This document shows, one piece after another, positions 49,785 to 58,663 of a stretch of DNA of 64,000 nt. The notes under the pieces are model-generated. The model was given only the letters and a program-made list of their open reading frames with translations, did no database searches and was not told where the DNA came from. Numbering within the stretch: position 1 is the stretch's first letter; every line of letters begins with the position of its first letter. Source of the stretch: Candidatus Gallimonas intestinigallinarum. GTDB lineage: Bacteria; Bacillota; Clostridia; Christensenellales; Borkfalkiaceae. The DNA is taken from positions 403 through 64,402 of the forward strand of contig CALVLM010000011.1 of the NCBI GenBank assembly GCA_944338075.1, written 5' to 3'. A program made the translations under genes and the position numbers.

Positions 49785-50657
49785 ATGAGAAAGATAAAAC
49801 TTGCCTGCGTGCAGATGCGCTGCTCGACTGACCGCGGCGAAAATGTTCAGAAAGCCGCGTCCTTTGTAAGACAGGCCGCAGCGAACGGAGCAAATGTCAT
49901 TCTGCTGCCCGAGCTGTTCGAGCGCCCCTATTTTTGTCAGGAGCGTAACTACGACTACTATGCCTATGCCGAGGAGACGGGAAAGAACGCCGCCGTTTTG
50001 GCGCTGTTGCCTCTTTCTGCGGAGCTGAAGACCGTCATTCCCGTCAGTTTTTACGAAAGAGAGGGGAACGTGCTGTACAATTCCGTTGCGATGCTCGATT
50101 GCGGCAAGCTGCTCGGCGTGTACCGCAAGACGCACATTCCCGACGATCACTACTATCAGGAGAAATTCTACTTCACGCCCGGGAATACGGGATTTCGTAC
50201 CTTTCAGACGACGCATGGGTGTATCGGCGTGGGCATCTGCTGGGATCAGTGGTTCCCGGAGACGGCGCGCGCGCTCGCTATCAACGGCGCGGAGGTGCTG
50301 CTCTATCCCACGGCGATCGGCTCCGAGCCCATTCTGGAGACGGACAGCGCGGGGCACTGGCAGCGGGTCATGCAGGGGCATGCCGCCGCCAATCTGATGC
50401 CCGTTGCGGCGGCAAACCGCATCGGCGAGGAGCGCGTCGCGCCGAGCGCCGGAAACGGCGGGCAGAGCTCGTCGCTCACCTTCTACGGTTCTTCCTTTAT
50501 CGCCGACAACACGGGCGCCAAGCTCGTTGAGGCGGGAAGGAGTGAGGAACGCGTGATTGCGGCGGAGTTTGACCTCGATGAACTTGCCAAGGCGCGCCTT
50601 GCGTGGGGGCTGTTCCGCGACCGTCGCCCGGAGTGCTATAAGGATCTCACAAAATAG
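49785..50657 (+). CDS. aguB: N-carbamoylputrescine amidase (CN-hydrolase family)
   Basis: LLPELF (Glu), YRKTHIP (Lys) and GVGICWDQWFPE (Cys) form the catalytic triad context. Confidence 0.9.
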   Translation: MRKIKLACVQMRCSTDRGENVQKAASFVRQAAANGANVILLPELFERPYFCQERNYDYYAYAEETGKNAAVLALLPLSAELKTVIPVSFYEREGNVLYNSVAMLDCGKLLGVYRKTHIPDDHYYQEKFYFTPGNTGFRTFQTTHGCIGVGICWDQWFPETARALAINGAEVLLYPTAIGSEPILETDSAGHWQRVMQGHAAANLMPVAAANRIGEERVAPSAGNGGQSSSLTFYGSSFIADNTGAKLVEAGRSEERVIAAEFDLDELAKARLAWGLFRDRRPECYKDLTK

Positions 50658-50700
50658 AGCGAAGAAGCCTTTTTTGTGTCGCAAACAGGTTCTTTGCATG

Positions 50701-50735
50701 AAAAAGAGCATGGGAAGCACCCCTGCTCTTTTTTT
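50701..50735 (+). terminator. Terminator of the polyamine operon
   Basis: AAGAGCA(T)GGG / CCCTGCTCTT hairpin followed by T7. Confidence 0.65.
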
Positions 50736-50855
50736 ATGCGCTGTGGTCCGGATGCATACGATTGTTGCGGGTGCGGCGCACGGATATGTATCCTGCGCAG
50801 CAGAGGCGACGCATCCCTTGTCTAATAAAAAGTTATATAATTTCCTGCCGTACAC

Positions 50856-50884
50856 TTGCTAAGCGAAAAGATTTGTGATAGAAT
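50856..50884 (+). promoter_or_regulatory. Promoter of the 8-gene McrB-like/surface-protein operon
   Basis: TTGCTA, 17-nt spacer, TAGAAT, with a TGA extended -10. It lies ~35 nt upstream of the first gene. Confidence 0.5.
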
Positions 50885-50917
50885 AATAATAATCTTGTGT
50901 AAGGGTCGCGAAGAACC

Positions 50918-51652
50918 ATGATGATTTTTGTTTTGATAGCATTTTCAGCCGGATTGATATGCGCCATTGTTCTGTGCTGTAAGGTGCTGTATAAACTGCA
51001 TCTCAACGTTCATGCCTTTCTGCGCGGGACGCCTGACATCGGCGTCGCGAGGTACAACCTGAAAGACGGGATTTCCGTCATGTACCGTGCGCCTGCTCCG
51101 TCCGATCGGGCATTGCGCGGATATCAAATATATACCATGCAGAAGAGAAAGGAAAAGTTTTTTGTCGCGGAGTGGGCGGACGGCGCGCGGAGTGCCGAAT
51201 ATGATCTTGTGCTGTACGACGCGTGCAACCGCGTGATCGATATCATGCGGATCGCGGAGGTGCGCGGCGGACGGGCATATACGCACAAATATACGCTCCC
51301 AGCAAAGACGGACTATCTTTCTCTCTCCGTGCGCTCCGTCAATGGCGGACGGCTTGTCTCCGGCTGCGCAATCTCCCTCAAAACGTGCGCCCATATCTTG
51401 TTTGCGGCAGTCGTTTCCGCGCTGTTTGCGTGTGTGATCGCCTGGGTTACATGTTCCATCGTGTTTCTGGCGCAGAGCGGCCTTGCGGGCATCTCGTTCG
51501 GCGGCTGGATGCATCTGCTGCCTGCTTCCGGCTTTGCTGCTTTCGGGTGCTCCGTGCTCATCTCCCTGTATCCTGTTGCCGCGGGGGCATTCCGTGCATG
51601 GGCGGAAAGGATCCGCAGATCACGCCTGAAAGGAGGCGGTCATGGGATATAG
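50918..51652 (+). CDS. Hypothetical membrane protein: N-terminal TM helix, ~120-aa soluble domain and a C-terminal TM bundle
   Basis: 244-aa ORF. Hydrophobic segments MMIFVLIAFSAGLICAIVLCC and HILFAAVVSALFACVIAWVTCSIVFL. No family recognised. Confidence 0.6.
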   Translation: MMIFVLIAFSAGLICAIVLCCKVLYKLHLNVHAFLRGTPDIGVARYNLKDGISVMYRAPAPSDRALRGYQIYTMQKRKEKFFVAEWADGARSAEYDLVLYDACNRVIDIMRIAEVRGGRAYTHKYTLPAKTDYLSLSVRSVNGGRLVSGCAISLKTCAHILFAAVVSALFACVIAWVTCSIVFLAQSGLAGISFGGWMHLLPASGFAAFGCSVLISLYPVAAGAFRAWAERIRRSRLKGGGHGI

Positions 51653-52154
51653 TGCTCCGGTCTATACATACAGCCAAAATGAGCAGAAGGACTTCCCCGT
51701 ATTTGTCAGTCAACTGCTCCTGTATAATGAAAACGGGTGCGTCCTCAGCCTGCGCGTGCGAAATGTGATCGGGGTCATCGTGACGGGGTTGCGGATCAGA
51801 CTGCGCATGTACGACGCCAAGGGCGGGCTGATCGGCGCAAAGCAAATGGAGTTTGACGGGCTTGCCTGCGTGTCAGGATCGGAATGTATCTTGCCCAATA
51901 TCATCATGGCGAAGGAATGCTGTTCGGTCGCGGCAGAAGTGGAACTTGTCCGCTCCGGGCGCTACGAATATTCGCTGTCAGAGGGGAAGGTGAAAGTTGT
52001 ATACCGCCGCGAAGGGGAAGAAGTGCGCATCGGGCGGCGTCCCTTTCATTGCAGTTTTCTGCGTTCGCCGACATATCGCAGATTTTCCGTGCTGTTTACG
52101 TTGCTCTTTGTGAGCGCGGTATCTGCGGCGGTGCTGATCCTGGCGTTCGTGTGA
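51642..52154 (+). CDS. Hypothetical protein with a C-terminal TM anchor
   Basis: 170 aa. 11-nt overlap with the preceding gene. C-terminal FSVLFTLLFVSAVSAAVLILAFV. Confidence 0.55.
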   Translation: MGYSAPVYTYSQNEQKDFPVFVSQLLLYNENGCVLSLRVRNVIGVIVTGLRIRLRMYDAKGGLIGAKQMEFDGLACVSGSECILPNIIMAKECCSVAAEVELVRSGRYEYSLSEGKVKVVYRREGEEVRIGRRPFHCSFLRSPTYRRFSVLFTLLFVSAVSAAVLILAFV

Positions 52155-52187
52155 TAAAGATATTTTTAATTTCGACGGGGCACGTCC

Positions 52188-55100
52188 ATGTTAAAACACA
52201 AAAATGAAATAGAAAAACTTACGCTGCGTCAGAAGACGGCGCTGCTGACCCAATTTGACCGTCTGTCCGACAGCGGGATCAACAGCGCGGGGATCCCGCG
52301 TGTAAAGCGTGCGGAGCTGGACGATCTTGTAAGAGAGAGCGAATACCCCGCTTATTCCTCGATTATCAATTGCTGGGACTCTGCGCTGATTGAACAGATG
52401 ACGACCGAACTTGCCCTGCGCGCAAGGGAGGCCGGTTACAATTTTCTCGTCACGCCCGATCTGAAGGCAGTGAGCAATCCGTACAAGGAGGGCTTGTCCG
52501 AGGACGCCTTTCTGAACGGCAAGGCAGGGGCTGCGATCAGCCGTGCCGTCAAAGCGGCGGGGGCGGCTTGTTGTCTGGAGGGACTGTACCTCGGGGAAGA
52601 GGACGCGGAGTTCCTGGATATGGAACAGGATCGATCCGCGGTCTGTTCCCTGTTTGAAATGCCATTTTTTTACGCCTTGGAGGATACGTCCTGCGATGCC
52701 GTGGGCTGTTCCATGGCTTCGGCGGGCTGCGGGTACGCCTTCGTGAATGCGGAGCTGTTTGATGCCGCAGTTGGAGGTCGGTATGGCAAGGATGCCTTCG
52801 TCGTTGGCAGAGATATCGCGCCCGATACCGACTTTCACGATTTTCTCAACGGAAATACCTGTATCGGCGGCGCTACGCTAGCACTGGACAGGGCGGCGGT
52901 CCGCTATACGCAGTTAAAAGAGTATATTGCCGAGGGGGGAGCTACGGACCGCGATCTGCAGGTCGCGATAGCGGACGGGAAGGCGATCTCGCAGGAGACA
53001 ATCGACAGCGCGGTCGACGGGGTCATCGCATTTGCGCACCGCGTGTCCTCGAGGCGTCCCGCGACCATCGCGTCGCCTGCTGAAAATACCGTCGCTGAGG
53101 CCGCACGCGCTTCCATCGTCTTATTGAAGAACAACGGCGTTCTGCCTATCAGGAAGGGCGCGTCCGTCGCCGTGATCGGGGATTTCCGGAACTGGAAAGA
53201 TGAGATCGCGGCATACTATCCCGTCTCCGGGACGGCTGCCGGGTATGAGACGCTTGCAGAGCGCAGCGACGACTTGCTCTTTGCGGCAGGAGAGGCGGCA
53301 AAGTCTGCCGACGTCGTGGTGGCGGTCCTGGAGCAGCGCCGCACCACAGACAGAGCTGCGCGAAGCCTGATGCTCCCGGCAAACAGACTGGCGCTGATCG
53401 ATACGCTGCGCAGCAACACGAAAAAGCTGATTGCCGTAATCGTCGGAGACGCGCCCGTCGATCTGTCTTTCGATGCGTGCTGTTCGGCTGTCCTGATGGT
53501 ACCGTCCGGCGGCGCGTCCTGCGCAAAGGCGCTCGCGGAGGTGCTCAGCGGCGCTTATAATCCGTCCGGGCGGCTTGCCCGCACCTGTTATGACGGCGGA
53601 GATGCCTTTTTTGCGCAGCTGAAAGATCAGATACGTTCAGGTACAAAGCAAGTCGGAAGCCTGTCCGGTTACAGATATCTCGCATCGGAAAAACTGCGAG
53701 TGCGCTATCCCTTCGGATACGGACTCAGCTATACCAGATTTTCCTACTCCTCGCTCAGGATCGACGGGACGAACGTCACATTTACCATCAAAAATACGGG
53801 ACGCCGCGATGGGGTCGAGACGGCGCAGGTGTATGTTGCATACGGGTGCGGAGGGGTAAAAGAACTCAAGGGCTTTGCAAAAGTTTCTCTGAAGGCGGGG
53901 GAGAGCAAGACGGTTCGCGTCTCCATCCCGCCTGTGAAGCCGCAATCGGATGAGACGGGAAGGCAGACGGAATGCCGTACCGTCTATGTCGGCTCGTCGT
54001 CTCAAAATATTAAGCTCAAGGGGACGATGGGCGGCATGGTGCATAAACTGGCGTCGGTTGCCTCCGCCTTCCCGACAGTTCTTTTGCGCTTTGTTAAGGG
54101 GGGCGCAAAGATGCCTTCTGCGTTTCGCATGTCAGCCGTCAGCGACGGAGAGAAGGGATATGAAACATATTCCCCCGGCGCCGTCATGGGCGCGATCTTT
54201 ATTATAGCTGCCATTCTTACGATGGTCATATCGGCATCCTGCTATGTGTTTCTCGGAGCGCAGTTTTTGATCTGGCAATGGGTCCTGGTCGCGGGCGCAG
54301 GGGGCTTGGTCCTCGTCGAAGTAGCTGTCTATATCGCCATGAAACTGCACCGCGAGAAGTTGCTGCATAAACTGGATGCGGAGGACGAAAAAAAGCAATT
54401 TTTATCCGATGCGAAGAGCGCGGTCACGCCTGAGGGCGCATTTGAAGATGCCTTTGAAAAGACGCAGAGCGCCGTACAGACGAGCGAGCCCGTCAGGGAG
54501 GGATTGCACTATTACGAGAAGGGGTTTACCTTTTCGCTGCTGTCCGGGCAGCTGAAAACATTTTTTTCGGAACGCGGTCTGCTGGCGGAAAACAACGTCC
54601 TGTTTGACCTGATCGGTGCATTGACTTGTTCCCGTCTCCTTCTCGTACCCGGGAAGTACACGGAACAGATGTATTCGATGTGCCGCGTGCTGGCAGAGTA
54701 CTTTGGCTGTGCCTCCTATCGCGACAATGCCGCAGGGGTCGCGCAGGCGGGCGGGTTGTTTGTCGTGCGCGATCGGAACGGCATGCGAAGTACTAATTTA
54801 AGAGCGGCCGTGGAACAGGCGTCGCGAAATACACGCGTTCCCCATGTGGCGGCGGTCGGACATATTTGTGGACAATATGCGCAGGAATTGCTGGGGACGC
54901 TTGCGTGGGGGCTGGAGCAGCACGGCGGCAATCCCGCGCACTTTGAAGCCTACGCCGACGGGCTGAGTGCCGTGCACAGCCTTCCGCCCAATTTGTGGAT
55001 CGTCGCCGCGGTCGACGGCGATATCGACTCTCTCTCGGAGACGTTGACGGAAATCGCGACCGTTTTCATTCCCGATTTTCTCAGGGGACCCGTCTCGTCC

Positions 55101-55526
55101 GAAACGTCGCTGTGCAAACCGCTCAGTTATTTTCAGTTTGAAAATATGCGGCGGTTGGTGCGAGAGCAGTTCCCGCTGGAAGAACAGTTCTGGAAGCGGG
55201 TGGACCGTCTGGAAGAGGGGATTGCGGGGATGCGTCCATACCGGGTGGGAAACAGGCTCTGGAACAAGATGGAGATATTTGCCTCTGCCTTTGCGGCGTC
55301 CGGCGGCACGGAGGCGGATGCGCTCGACGGCGCAGTCGCCTGTTGCCTGTTGGCGGGGGTCTTTACCGATCGTCAGGACAAAGAATACGCGGGGCAAGTC
55401 CTTGCAGAGCTGGAAGCGGCGCTTGGAGAGGAACAGACTACGCAGTGCAAGCGGATGATGCAGTTGCTGCAATCTTTCGGAGAACAGCCCGATCCCCAAT
55501 TCAAGGAGGCTAAATCAAGTGAGTAA
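52188..55526 (+). CDS. GH3-like domain, TM hairpin and degenerate McrB-like AAA+ domain fusion protein
   Basis: The N-terminal ~600 aa are GH3-like, including the Fn3-like LRVRYPFGYGLSYTRF..FTIKNTGRRDGVETAQVYV..ELKGFAKVSLKAGESKTVRVSI. Two TM helices lie at ~54181-54350. The C-terminal ~340 aa are collinear with the two downstream AAA+ proteins but lack Walker A and Walker B. Confidence 0.8.
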   Translation: MLKHKNEIEKLTLRQKTALLTQFDRLSDSGINSAGIPRVKRAELDDLVRESEYPAYSSIINCWDSALIEQMTTELALRAREAGYNFLVTPDLKAVSNPYKEGLSEDAFLNGKAGAAISRAVKAAGAACCLEGLYLGEEDAEFLDMEQDRSAVCSLFEMPFFYALEDTSCDAVGCSMASAGCGYAFVNAELFDAAVGGRYGKDAFVVGRDIAPDTDFHDFLNGNTCIGGATLALDRAAVRYTQLKEYIAEGGATDRDLQVAIADGKAISQETIDSAVDGVIAFAHRVSSRRPATIASPAENTVAEAARASIVLLKNNGVLPIRKGASVAVIGDFRNWKDEIAAYYPVSGTAAGYETLAERSDDLLFAAGEAAKSADVVVAVLEQRRTTDRAARSLMLPANRLALIDTLRSNTKKLIAVIVGDAPVDLSFDACCSAVLMVPSGGASCAKALAEVLSGAYNPSGRLARTCYDGGDAFFAQLKDQIRSGTKQVGSLSGYRYLASEKLRVRYPFGYGLSYTRFSYSSLRIDGTNVTFTIKNTGRRDGVETAQVYVAYGCGGVKELKGFAKVSLKAGESKTVRVSIPPVKPQSDETGRQTECRTVYVGSSSQNIKLKGTMGGMVHKLASVASAFPTVLLRFVKGGAKMPSAFRMSAVSDGEKGYETYSPGAVMGAIFIIAAILTMVISASCYVFLGAQFLIWQWVLVAGAGGLVLVEVAVYIAMKLHREKLLHKLDAEDEKKQFLSDAKSAVTPEGAFEDAFEKTQSAVQTSEPVREGLHYYEKGFTFSLLSGQLKTFFSERGLLAENNVLFDLIGALTCSRLLLVPGKYTEQMYSMCRVLAEYFGCASYRDNAAGVAQAGGLFVVRDRNGMRSTNLRAAVEQASRNTRVPHVAAVGHICGQYAQELLGTLAWGLEQHGGNPAHFEAYADGLSAVHSLPPNLWIVAAVDGDIDSLSETLTEIATVFIPDFLRGPVSSETSLCKPLSYFQFENMRRLVREQFPLEEQFWKRVDRLEEGIAGMRPYRVGNRLWNKMEIFASAFAASGGTEADALDGAVACCLLAGVFTDRQDKEYAGQVLAELEAALGEEQTTQCKRMMQLLQSFGEQPDPQFKEAKSSE

Positions 55527-56835
55527 CGTTATCAACGTATTGACTGCGGATGGCGCGTCGAGCGTGCTGGAGATCCTGACAAGTCCTTTGCTCATCATTA
55601 TTTATATTGCCGTCGTCATCCTTCTCATCCTGCTCGTGGTGATCTCCGTCATGATCAACGAACGCCGGTTTAATCAGTCGGTCAAACGCATTCTCTCGCA
55701 GGCAAAAAAGACGGAAAAGCTCGATCAGCTTGAACGGGAGGAAAAGGCGGGAAAGAACAAAAATCGTTTTGAACTGCTCAAAAAGATCGATGCGGAGGGG
55801 GTGAACAAACGCAGCGATTTTACGCAGTCGTGCACCCTCCATGAGATCTGCGATGAATTCCGCCTCTTTGCCGCAAACCGCCTGAATTTGTACTATGATA
55901 TCTCCGATATCAGGCAATTTGTCGCGGGGCTTGCTGTTTCCCGCATCCTGATCCTGCAGGGTATGTCGGGTACGGGCAAAACGTCGCTCGCGTATGCGTT
56001 CGGGGAATTTATCGATAATTCCTCTGTCGTCATTCCCGTGCAGCCGATGTGGAAGGAGCGCACCGACCTGCTCGGGTACTACAATGAGTTCACCCGCCGC
56101 TTCAACGAAACGCTGCTTTTGGAGAAGATGTATGAGGCGGGCGAGCGGGAGGACATGTATATCACGATCATGGACGAACTCAATATCGCCCGCGTGGAAT
56201 ACTATTTTGCAGAATTTTTGTCTCTGCTGGAGATCCCCAATCCTGAGGCTCGCTATCTGGAAGTGGTGTCCGATCATTGGGAGACCGACCCCGCGAAGCT
56301 AAAGAACGGGCGTATCAGGCTGCCTGAAAACATGTGGTTTGTAGGGACGGCAAACAACGACGATTCCACGTTTTCCATCTCCGACAAGGTGTACGACAGA
56401 GCGATGGTCCTCAATCTTGACCGCAAGTCGGAGCCCTTTCAGACTTCGAGCAGCAAAAAGATGCCGCTCACCGCGAAAAAGTTCGATGAACTGGCACGCA
56501 AGGCAGTAGAGGACTATTCTGTCACGCAGGAAAGTCTTGCGCGCCTCGATCAGCTGGATAAATACCTGATCGAAAAGTTCCAGATCACTTTCGGCAACAG
56601 AATCATGCGTCAGATTCTGCGCTATATTCCGATCTTTATCGCATGCGGCGGAACGGAGCCGGAAGCACTGGACGATATTCTGACAAAGAAGGTACTGCGT
56701 AAACTGGAGACGCAGAATACTGCCTACTTGCGCAGCGAATCCGAGGAACTTTGCAACTATATTGAGGGATTGTTCGGCGAGAACGCCATGCCGCGTTGCA
56801 CCGAGTATATCCGCCGTATTGCAAGGAATATTTGA
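55519..56835 (+). CDS. Membrane-anchored McrB-like AAA+ GTPase (paralog 1)
   Basis: N-terminal TM helix SPLLIIIYIAVVILLILLVVISVMI. P-loop LILQGMSGTGKTS and Walker B region ITIMDELNIARVEYYFAEFLSLLE. McrB-signature-like WFVGTANNDDSTFSISDKVYDRAMVL. A GTG start follows AAGGAGG. Confidence 0.85.
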   Translation: MSNVINVLTADGASSVLEILTSPLLIIIYIAVVILLILLVVISVMINERRFNQSVKRILSQAKKTEKLDQLEREEKAGKNKNRFELLKKIDAEGVNKRSDFTQSCTLHEICDEFRLFAANRLNLYYDISDIRQFVAGLAVSRILILQGMSGTGKTSLAYAFGEFIDNSSVVIPVQPMWKERTDLLGYYNEFTRRFNETLLLEKMYEAGEREDMYITIMDELNIARVEYYFAEFLSLLEIPNPEARYLEVVSDHWETDPAKLKNGRIRLPENMWFVGTANNDDSTFSISDKVYDRAMVLNLDRKSEPFQTSSSKKMPLTAKKFDELARKAVEDYSVTQESLARLDQLDKYLIEKFQITFGNRIMRQILRYIPIFIACGGTEPEALDDILTKKVLRKLETQNTAYLRSESEELCNYIEGLFGENAMPRCTEYIRRIARNI

Positions 56836-56845
56836 GGCGTAAAAC

Positions 56846-58663
56846 ATGACGCAGACCGATCTGTATTTTCGTGCATATCTCGACTATAAAACGGCGCTCC
56901 AAAAGGACAGGGAGACGTCCACACTTCGCGCCGCCCTTGTGCAGGCGGAGCAAGCGGAGCATATCGCCAGCGTGCGCGCAGTTTGTGAGATCGAAAACGA
57001 TTGGGTGGACGCCGTCGAGCGCGGGCTGATCTATATCGGAAGGTCGATCGATGAGGAGCGACAATTCATCCTTTCCCAGGGCGAAGTCCAGCCCATCGAG
57101 AAGATCAAGCGCGTCTCCAAGGAATCGGTGGAGCACCTTGCGCGGCACAGCAACCTGATCATGCACGAACAAAAGAGTGCAGATGATATTGTACCCGACA
57201 AACTCTATACGGTGGAAAGGTTGAGCAATTATGCCGTATACGAGAACAGGTTTTTATTCATGCTCCTGAACATGGTCAAAGATTTTGTCTCGGTGCGCTA
57301 TAACGCCATCGTCCGCCTGACCAATACATATCACGGGAAACTCTCGGTCGACAAGGCGGTCTCCCTGGGAAAGCACAGGCTGCGCTATCGGCTGGAGCTG
57401 GACGATGAGCGTGAGGATGATCCTGTCATGCGCGCGAATAATAACGTCCGCGAGACGCTGGAGCGTATGGAGATCATCTTGCGTACGGTGCACTACTATC
57501 TGAATACGCCGCTGATGACGGAGGTCGCGAAGGCGGATAAGCTCAAGCCGCCCATCACCAAGACCAATCCGCTGCGCATGGATAAAAATCTCAAGGAGAC
57601 GGTCGTCCTCTATGAGTTTCTGATGGCGTATGAGAAGGACGGCTACACGATCACGCAGGAGGAACAATTGCTCAATCCGCGAAAGGGGGATGTGGCGGAC
57701 GAACTTGTCGATCCCGCTCTGCTCGCCGCCTTTCTCACATACGAAAGCACGCTTGCCCTGAAAGACGAGCTGCTGCGCCGCTATCAGGAGGAGGAAGCGC
57801 GCAGGCGGGCGGAGGAACTGCGCGAAGTCGAGGCACAGCTATCGTCCATCCGCGACCGGATGCGGGAAACGGGCTGGACAGAGCGTTATATCGCACTGTT
57901 GGAAAAGAAAAACAGTCTGCTGGAGCGCGAGAATGAGCGCGTCGCTGCGTTGCGTTCGCGCATGGAGGAGCTGGAAGGATTAAACAATGCGCTTCATGAG
58001 CAGATCGCCGCGCATGCGGCAGAGCTGGAATGCATCGGCGAGGCACACGCCAGAGAGATTTCAGATTATCAGGCGCGCCTTGATGAGCAGCGGCAAAAGC
58101 TTGCCGAGGAAATGGCAGAGCGCGCCAATGAGCGCAGCCGTCTGGAAGAACAGAGGCGTGCGGAACTTGCGAAGCTGCGGGAGGAGACGGATGCACTGCT
58201 CGCCGAAAGAGACGGCCGCTATCTGGAAAAATCGCGCGAGGCAGAGGATTTGACGGAGCGCCTTGCACGGCTTGCAAAACAAAAAGCCCTCAACGATGCC
58301 CGTCTGAACGGGCTTCGGCAGCAATACGGACTGTTGTCTCCCATGGATGATTTTTCCTCCGAGGAAGCCTTTACGGAACTGGAAGATGAACTTGAGGCGC
58401 TGTATGAGTTGGTTCGTGGCGAATGGAAGAATGCGAAAGAGATCTTGCGGAGAAATTTCCTGCATGACCTCAAGGACATTATAAGCGGTAAAAAACGCAA
58501 AGCTGCCGCTGCGAAAAAGGCAGAAGTTTTGCCGGAGGAAGACGAGGCCGCTGCTGCACATGAGGCTCCGGAGCAGGTTGCGGCAGAGCCCGCAGAACAG
58601 GACGGCGGCGAAATTGCATTAGCGGAGGGCGAACAGCGCAATGAAGAAACAAGAAGGACCTAA
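56846..58663 (+). CDS. McrC/DUF2357-like N-terminal domain fused to a long coiled coil; no nuclease motif seen
   Basis: LSNYAVYENRFLFMLLNMV and KPPITKTNPLRMDKNLKETVVLYEFL resemble the McrC N-terminal (DUF2357) pattern, recognised from memory. Residues ~300-540 are heptad-rich and Glu/Arg/Leu-rich. The tail is acidic. Confidence 0.6.
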   Translation: MTQTDLYFRAYLDYKTALQKDRETSTLRAALVQAEQAEHIASVRAVCEIENDWVDAVERGLIYIGRSIDEERQFILSQGEVQPIEKIKRVSKESVEHLARHSNLIMHEQKSADDIVPDKLYTVERLSNYAVYENRFLFMLLNMVKDFVSVRYNAIVRLTNTYHGKLSVDKAVSLGKHRLRYRLELDDEREDDPVMRANNNVRETLERMEIILRTVHYYLNTPLMTEVAKADKLKPPITKTNPLRMDKNLKETVVLYEFLMAYEKDGYTITQEEQLLNPRKGDVADELVDPALLAAFLTYESTLALKDELLRRYQEEEARRRAEELREVEAQLSSIRDRMRETGWTERYIALLEKKNSLLERENERVAALRSRMEELEGLNNALHEQIAAHAAELECIGEAHAREISDYQARLDEQRQKLAEEMAERANERSRLEEQRRAELAKLREETDALLAERDGRYLEKSREAEDLTERLARLAKQKALNDARLNGLRQQYGLLSPMDDFSSEEAFTELEDELEALYELVRGEWKNAKEILRRNFLHDLKDIISGKKRKAAAAKKAEVLPEEDEAAAAHEAPEQVAAEPAEQDGGEIALAEGEQRNEETRRT

